A DNA stretch of 64,000 bases from Sphyrna mokarran (taxonomy: Eukaryota). The stretch's first letter is position 1. Every line of letters starts with the position of its first letter. Made by a program: the position numbers and the translations under genes. The stretch spans positions 35,588,001-35,652,000 of the forward strand of contig JAGIQG010000004.1 of the NCBI GenBank assembly GCA_024679065.1, in the 5' to 3' direction. This document shows positions 60,201 through 64,000 of the stretch, one piece after another. The notes under the pieces were generated by a model. The model had not been told where the DNA came from. It did not search any database and saw nothing but the letters and a program-made list of their open reading frames with translations.

Positions 60201-61744
60201 TCATTTGTGCAATTATGGGTGTCGCTGGCTGGCCAACATTTATTGTTCATCCCTAGTTGCCCTTAAGGTGGTGCTGAGCTGCCATCTTGAATTGCTGTAA
60301 TCTACAATGCCTTTGGGGTGGAATTTCAGAATTTTAACCAGCATATGTGAAGGAACAGTGAAATATCTCCAAATCAGGATGATGAGTGACTTGGAGGGAA
60401 CTAGCAGATGGCAGTGGTGTTTCCATGTATCTGCTGCTTTTGGCCTTCTAGATGGAAGTGGCTGTGGATTTGGAAGGTGCTGTCCAAGGATCTTTGGTGA
60501 ACTTCTGCATCTTGTAGATAGTATACACTGCTGCTACTGAATACTGAATAGATGGAGTGAATGTGATGCCATCAAGCAGGTTATTTTGTCTTGTATGGTG
60601 CCAAGCTTCTTGTATTGTTGAAGCTGCACCCATCCAGGCATTTCATCTTGCTCCTGACTTTGTTTTGTAGATGGTGGATGAACTTTGGGGAGTCAGAAGA
60701 TGAGTTACTCGCCTACAGTATTCCTAGTATCTGACCTGTTTTTGTGCAGTGAGTCCAGTTGAGTTTCTGGTCAATGGTAACCCCAAAGATGTTGAAAGTG
60801 GGGGATTCAATGATGGTAGCACCACTGAATGTCAAAAGGTGGTGGTTAGTGTGTCTCTTGTAGGTGATAGTTATTGCCTGGTATTCATATGGCAAGTATG
60901 TTACTTGTCCCTTGTCACCCCAAGCCTGGATGGCCTCCATTTGGACATGGACTGCTTCAGTAGCTGAAGAGTCACAAATGGTGCAGAACATTGTGCAATC
61001 AATGAACATCCCCACTTCTGACCTTATGACTGAGGGATAGTTATTGATGAAGCAACTGAAGGCACTTGGGCCTAGGACACTATCCTGAGGGACTCCTGCA
61101 AAGATGTCCTGGAACTGGGATGGCTGACCCCATAACCATCTTCCTATGTATCAAATATAACTTTGCCCCCTGATAACCATTGATTCCAGTTTTGTTAGGG
61201 CTCCTTGATGCCACACTTGGTGGAATGCAGCATTGATGTCAACTATGAGAGAAATAGTGGGAAGTTAAACAATAGTAATTGTGGATAGAGGAACAGACAA
61301 AGCAGAACACAGAAGTAGAAAAAGGAATGGATGTTTAACGGATTTACTACTGCCAACTCCTTGATGAGTATAAGATTTTGAGAACAGTTGGGTTTTCTGC
61401 AAGAAAGTTGGGAAACAGTTAATCCAACAGTTTTGTTTACGTTCATTGTCAGAATAAACGGGCTTGAGGTCAGTAAGTGTGCTCTGAAGTCCCCATTTTG
61501 AGTGCTGCAGCTATGGTTTCAGTCCCTTTAGCTTTCACTCATGTAGGACATTACTGTCAGCCTAACTAAGGAACGGAACAGCTAATTAAAACATACATAT
61601 TGCATGTTGTAAGTATTTTGTGTACATTGTTTTGTTTTTGTGTGTTTGGAAAATACCTTTTTGTAACTTCAATTTTTAAAAAAATCTCTTTCATCTTTAT
61701 AGACTGGAAAACTAATATTAAAGCCCAGGCCCCATGTCCAATGA
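48263..61744 (+). CDS. CNEP1R1: CTD nuclear envelope phosphatase 1 regulatory subunit 1 (TMEM188), 125 aa, whole-gene span. Coding exons: 48263-48287, 48397-48468, 54291-54364, 55581-55690, 57045-57099, 61703-61744
   Basis: Spliced product [125 protein letters not shown]; 378 nt. Confidence 0.97.
48397..48468 (+). CDS. CNEP1R1: CNEP1R1 exon 2 ([24 protein letters not shown])
   Basis: TTGCAG acceptor, A|GTGAGT donor. Confidence 0.96.
48520..48985 (-). mobile_element. Rex1-type LINE 3' end
   Basis: Homologous to 17300-17800 ('[25 protein letters not shown]'). Confidence 0.75.
49690..50390 (+). mobile_element. CR1 LINE 3' fragment, relatively young
   Basis: 180-aa ORF '[22 protein letters not shown]...[20 protein letters not shown]' plus tail. 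Confidence 0.92.
51250..53357 (-). mobile_element. Young 5'-truncated CR1 LINE (RT) with extended 3' region containing a V-SINE-like core
   Basis: ORFs 52739-53284 and 51850-52662 ([29 protein letters not shown]), separated by a stop/frameshift. Confidence 0.93.
53945..54057 (+). mobile_element. Penelope terminal remnant with degenerate hammerhead motif
   Basis: CAC CTGATGA A GGAGC TTT GCTCC AAAA GCTC ATG then CAAATAAA.CTGTTGGA, as downstream of the 15.56 kb motif; core GAAA mutated to AAAA. Confidence 0.7.
54291..54364 (+). CDS. CNEP1R1: CNEP1R1 exon 3 ([25 protein letters not shown])
   Basis: TTTGCAG acceptor, AAG|GTAAC donor. Confidence 0.96.
55581..55690 (+). CDS. CNEP1R1: CNEP1R1 exon 4 ([13 protein letters not shown]…KRVVAPSI)
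   Basis: TTTTTAG acceptor; U12-type donor GTATCCTTT. Confidence 0.96.
55691..57044 (+). other. CNEP1R1: U12-type (minor spliceosome) GT-AG intron
   Basis: 5' splice site GTATCCTTT; branch-site-like TTTCTTTAAC ending 13 nt before the intron end; no long pyrimidine tract. Confidence 0.85.
57045..57099 (+). CDS. CNEP1R1: CNEP1R1 exon 5 ([18 protein letters not shown])
   Basis: ATAG acceptor, GAT|GTAAGT donor. Confidence 0.95.
57700..58915 (+). mobile_element. Decayed RTE (BovB-like) LINE
   Basis: '[20 protein letters not shown]', 'HFPYLG', '[14 protein letters not shown]', 'GGQKK...D..KDSLKKC.I...WE'. Confidence 0.75.
59104..59830 (-). mobile_element. CR1 LINE 3' fragment
   Basis: ORF 59429-59737 and (GTTCTAT)n-type tail at 59104. 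Confidence 0.9.
60190..61243 (-). mobile_element. Decayed CR1/L2-group LINE 3' part
   Basis: 'IQAWGDK.QVT', '[12 protein letters not shown]'; its tail is shared with fragments at 3790-4030, 36640-36800 and 53860-53940. Confidence 0.7.
61703..61744 (+). CDS. CNEP1R1: CNEP1R1 terminal coding exon ([13 protein letters not shown])
   Basis: TCTTTATAG acceptor; tandem TGA TGA. Confidence 0.95.
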   Translation, partial: TGKLILKPRPHVQ

Positions 61745-62704
61745 TGAATCTATATGCCAGTTCTGTGGCTCTTTTGGAAAACATGGAAGCAACCTCAAAT
61801 GCAACGCTGCACAAATCCACTGATGCAATGTTCCTTTTGATGTCAACATCATTGTTTTCAGCTCAAGCTCCCTAGGGCAGAAAAAATCTTGGCAACAGAA
61901 GTGTATTTTCTGAAAAATCTAATGATGCAGCGAACGGGTTAGAGATTTTGGAAAACTTGGTATAAGATACAATATTGAACTTGTATTTAAATCTTGCCAG
62001 GTTACTTTAATTTATTAGAAAGTTCTAGGTTCTTATATTTTAACTTCTGGGTTACACCGCTCATTTTATTATTAATATGTTTTTGTAACTATTTTGTGAC
62101 TCAAAGTACAACATCAAGGATTTAAAAAACTGTGACCGATTCCCATTGTGAGTTGGGCTGAACTATATCAGGAACTGATCCAACAAGATTGCTAAACCAT
62201 TGCATGTCTTTATTCTTCCAATTCATTACTTTTCCTTCATATAGAGGCTTTTTTATATATTATGAGAATGTTCTTTTGCGAGTTATTTTTACCATTCACC
62301 AATACGATTTATGAGGCATCTGTATTCTCATTCCATTTAGACTGGAGATAAATTAGAAATGGATTACTAATGCTTTGGGTGAGAACTTCCTTTGATCTGC
62401 CAAATTGTGTTGTGTATGAATCTATTTATAGAAAGAGAATTTGTTTCATTTGTATTGCAAACTATTGCGTATAAAGATTCTAATTTTACTTCTCAATTAT
62501 GCAGCCTTGTATAACCGTGTAGAAATGAATGTTTCAATTTTGTAGTTTATGTTCTTGCATTGCAATCTTAGAACGTATTGCAGTTCTACTTTTGCTTCTT
62601 TGTATTTTAATGACTTGAATGATTTCAACTTTTAAATTTTAAAAGCATCATGACTTTGTAAATGTTTTTCAGGCACTTGAATTTTGTAGGCCTGTGTACA
62701 TAGC

Positions 62705-62710
62705 AATAAA
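62705..62710 (+). terminator. Probable CNEP1R1 polyadenylation signal
   Basis: AATAAA after an AU-rich ~960-nt 3' UTR, with TGTA just upstream. Confidence 0.6.
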
Positions 62711-62779
62711 CAATTTATATGGAAAAGATTAAGAAGTGATCATAATGCTTAAATCAATCACGTATGCACAGATTAACCA

Positions 62780-63480
62780 AGAATGGAGTTTAGATATTTG
62801 AATTATGATTAGAAAAAAGTAAAAATGTTGTTGTACATGAACTTGAAATAACTCCAATTGAACACCCCGGCAGCTAAAGGAATGGTTTAAAGCTGTTACC
62901 AAAAACTCTAGCACCTCCTTTATCGTCCACACTTGGCCAATCATCCAGGATGTGTGAAATCTCAATCTGTTTGAGAAAGCCGAACTTCAAGTTAAATACC
63001 TTATCCATTCTTCACCAAGACTAGCTTCCTTCCATTTTCACAGCATTGTCTGCCTCCAACACACTGCTGGCAAAATACATATATTTTTCATCTACTGGCT
63101 CAATTTCGTGTTCCTGCCAACCATCTGACTTCCATTCTCCTTGAACTCCAACTCTTCCAAAACTTCACAGCTTGTTCTCTTTTTGTTCTTCCATCACCCC
63201 ATGCTCATTGATCCACAGTGAATCTTTGTTTCTAAAGCATTGAATAAAAAATATCAACCTTCTGCTCTTTGCAGGCTTGTCACTATTTCCTGACTTCCGT
63301 TTGCTCCTTTGACATCTCGCCTTCTGGTTCTGCACTTCAAAGTATACCTCCATCCCTCTCCCTTCAATCCACTATTAATAGCTGAGTCTCCTGCTACCCA
63401 GCCCCATCTGATGGTATATCTTCTCCAAATACAATTTCTGTTAACACTTCAATCTTTAAATATTCTCTTAAATCTCCTAT
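62780..63480 (+). mobile_element. Decayed L2-like LINE 3' fragment
   Basis: Remnants like 'LELQL.QN..A..L', 'ITP.L..LHW'. Confidence 0.45.
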
Positions 63481-63799
63481 CTGATAATCAGAGCTGGCTA
63501 GACTTTGGAAGGGGGAATTTTGTTTCCAAAAGGCTTATTTGATTGTTTTTATTCATTTTGATACTTCTATGGACATTTGAAGGGATTGCAACACATTATT
63601 ATAGGATCAAAAGTGAGCAATTGAAGGAATGTGTGAGCAGGGTGATCTGTGGGGGTGAACAGATTGGGGGTAAGGGGTCATAAAACTGTTCTATGTTACT
63701 TCATTTATTGGTTCAAGCTGCCAGTGTTCACATGCACGAAACAAGACTGCATCAACTTTTGACGGCATGGTATTGTAAGAGGGAGGTCGTGCCTTACAA

Positions 63800-64000
63800 A
63801 TTCAGTGGAGTTTTTTGAGGAGGTGACAAAAATGGTTGATGAAGGAAGGGCTGTGGATGTTGTCTATATGGATTTCAGTAAGGCATTTGACAAAGTCTGT
63901 CATGGCAGGTTGGTTAAGAAAGTTAAGGCTCATGGGATACAAGAAAAGGTGGCTAAATGGATAGAGAACTGGTTTGGTCACAGGAGACAAACAGTAGCAG
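63800..64000 (+). mobile_element. CR1 LINE RT fragment running off the window
   Basis: '[38 protein letters not shown]'. Confidence 0.9.

Overview
Vertebrate genomic DNA, most likely a shark/elasmobranch (inferred from the V-SINE/HE1-type, CR1, Penelope and Harbinger-type repeat content). Two spliced protein-coding genes lie head-to-head on one CpG-island promoter (~47.4-48.5 kb). On the + strand is a complete six-coding-exon CNEP1R1 (TMEM188; 125 aa; 48263-61744) whose fourth intron has U12 (minor spliceosome) signals. On the - strand is a 10-coding-exon, ~386 aa NCOA5-family gene (44673 down to 28156) that looks like a divergent paralog: it has no RD-repeat tract and a short C-terminus with LLGxxP/LLPxP motifs. 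The first ~27 kb is intergenic and full of nested, decayed transposons: a Gmr1-type Gypsy with integrase before RT, a hAT transposase split by a solo LTR that is itself split by a 1.6 kb foldback element, Penelope elements with minimal hammerhead ribozyme motifs, Rex1, CR1, L2 and SINEs. Exon boundaries were read by eye from splice signals and frame continuity; repeat boundaries are approximate, and family calls rest on remembered motifs, not database searches.
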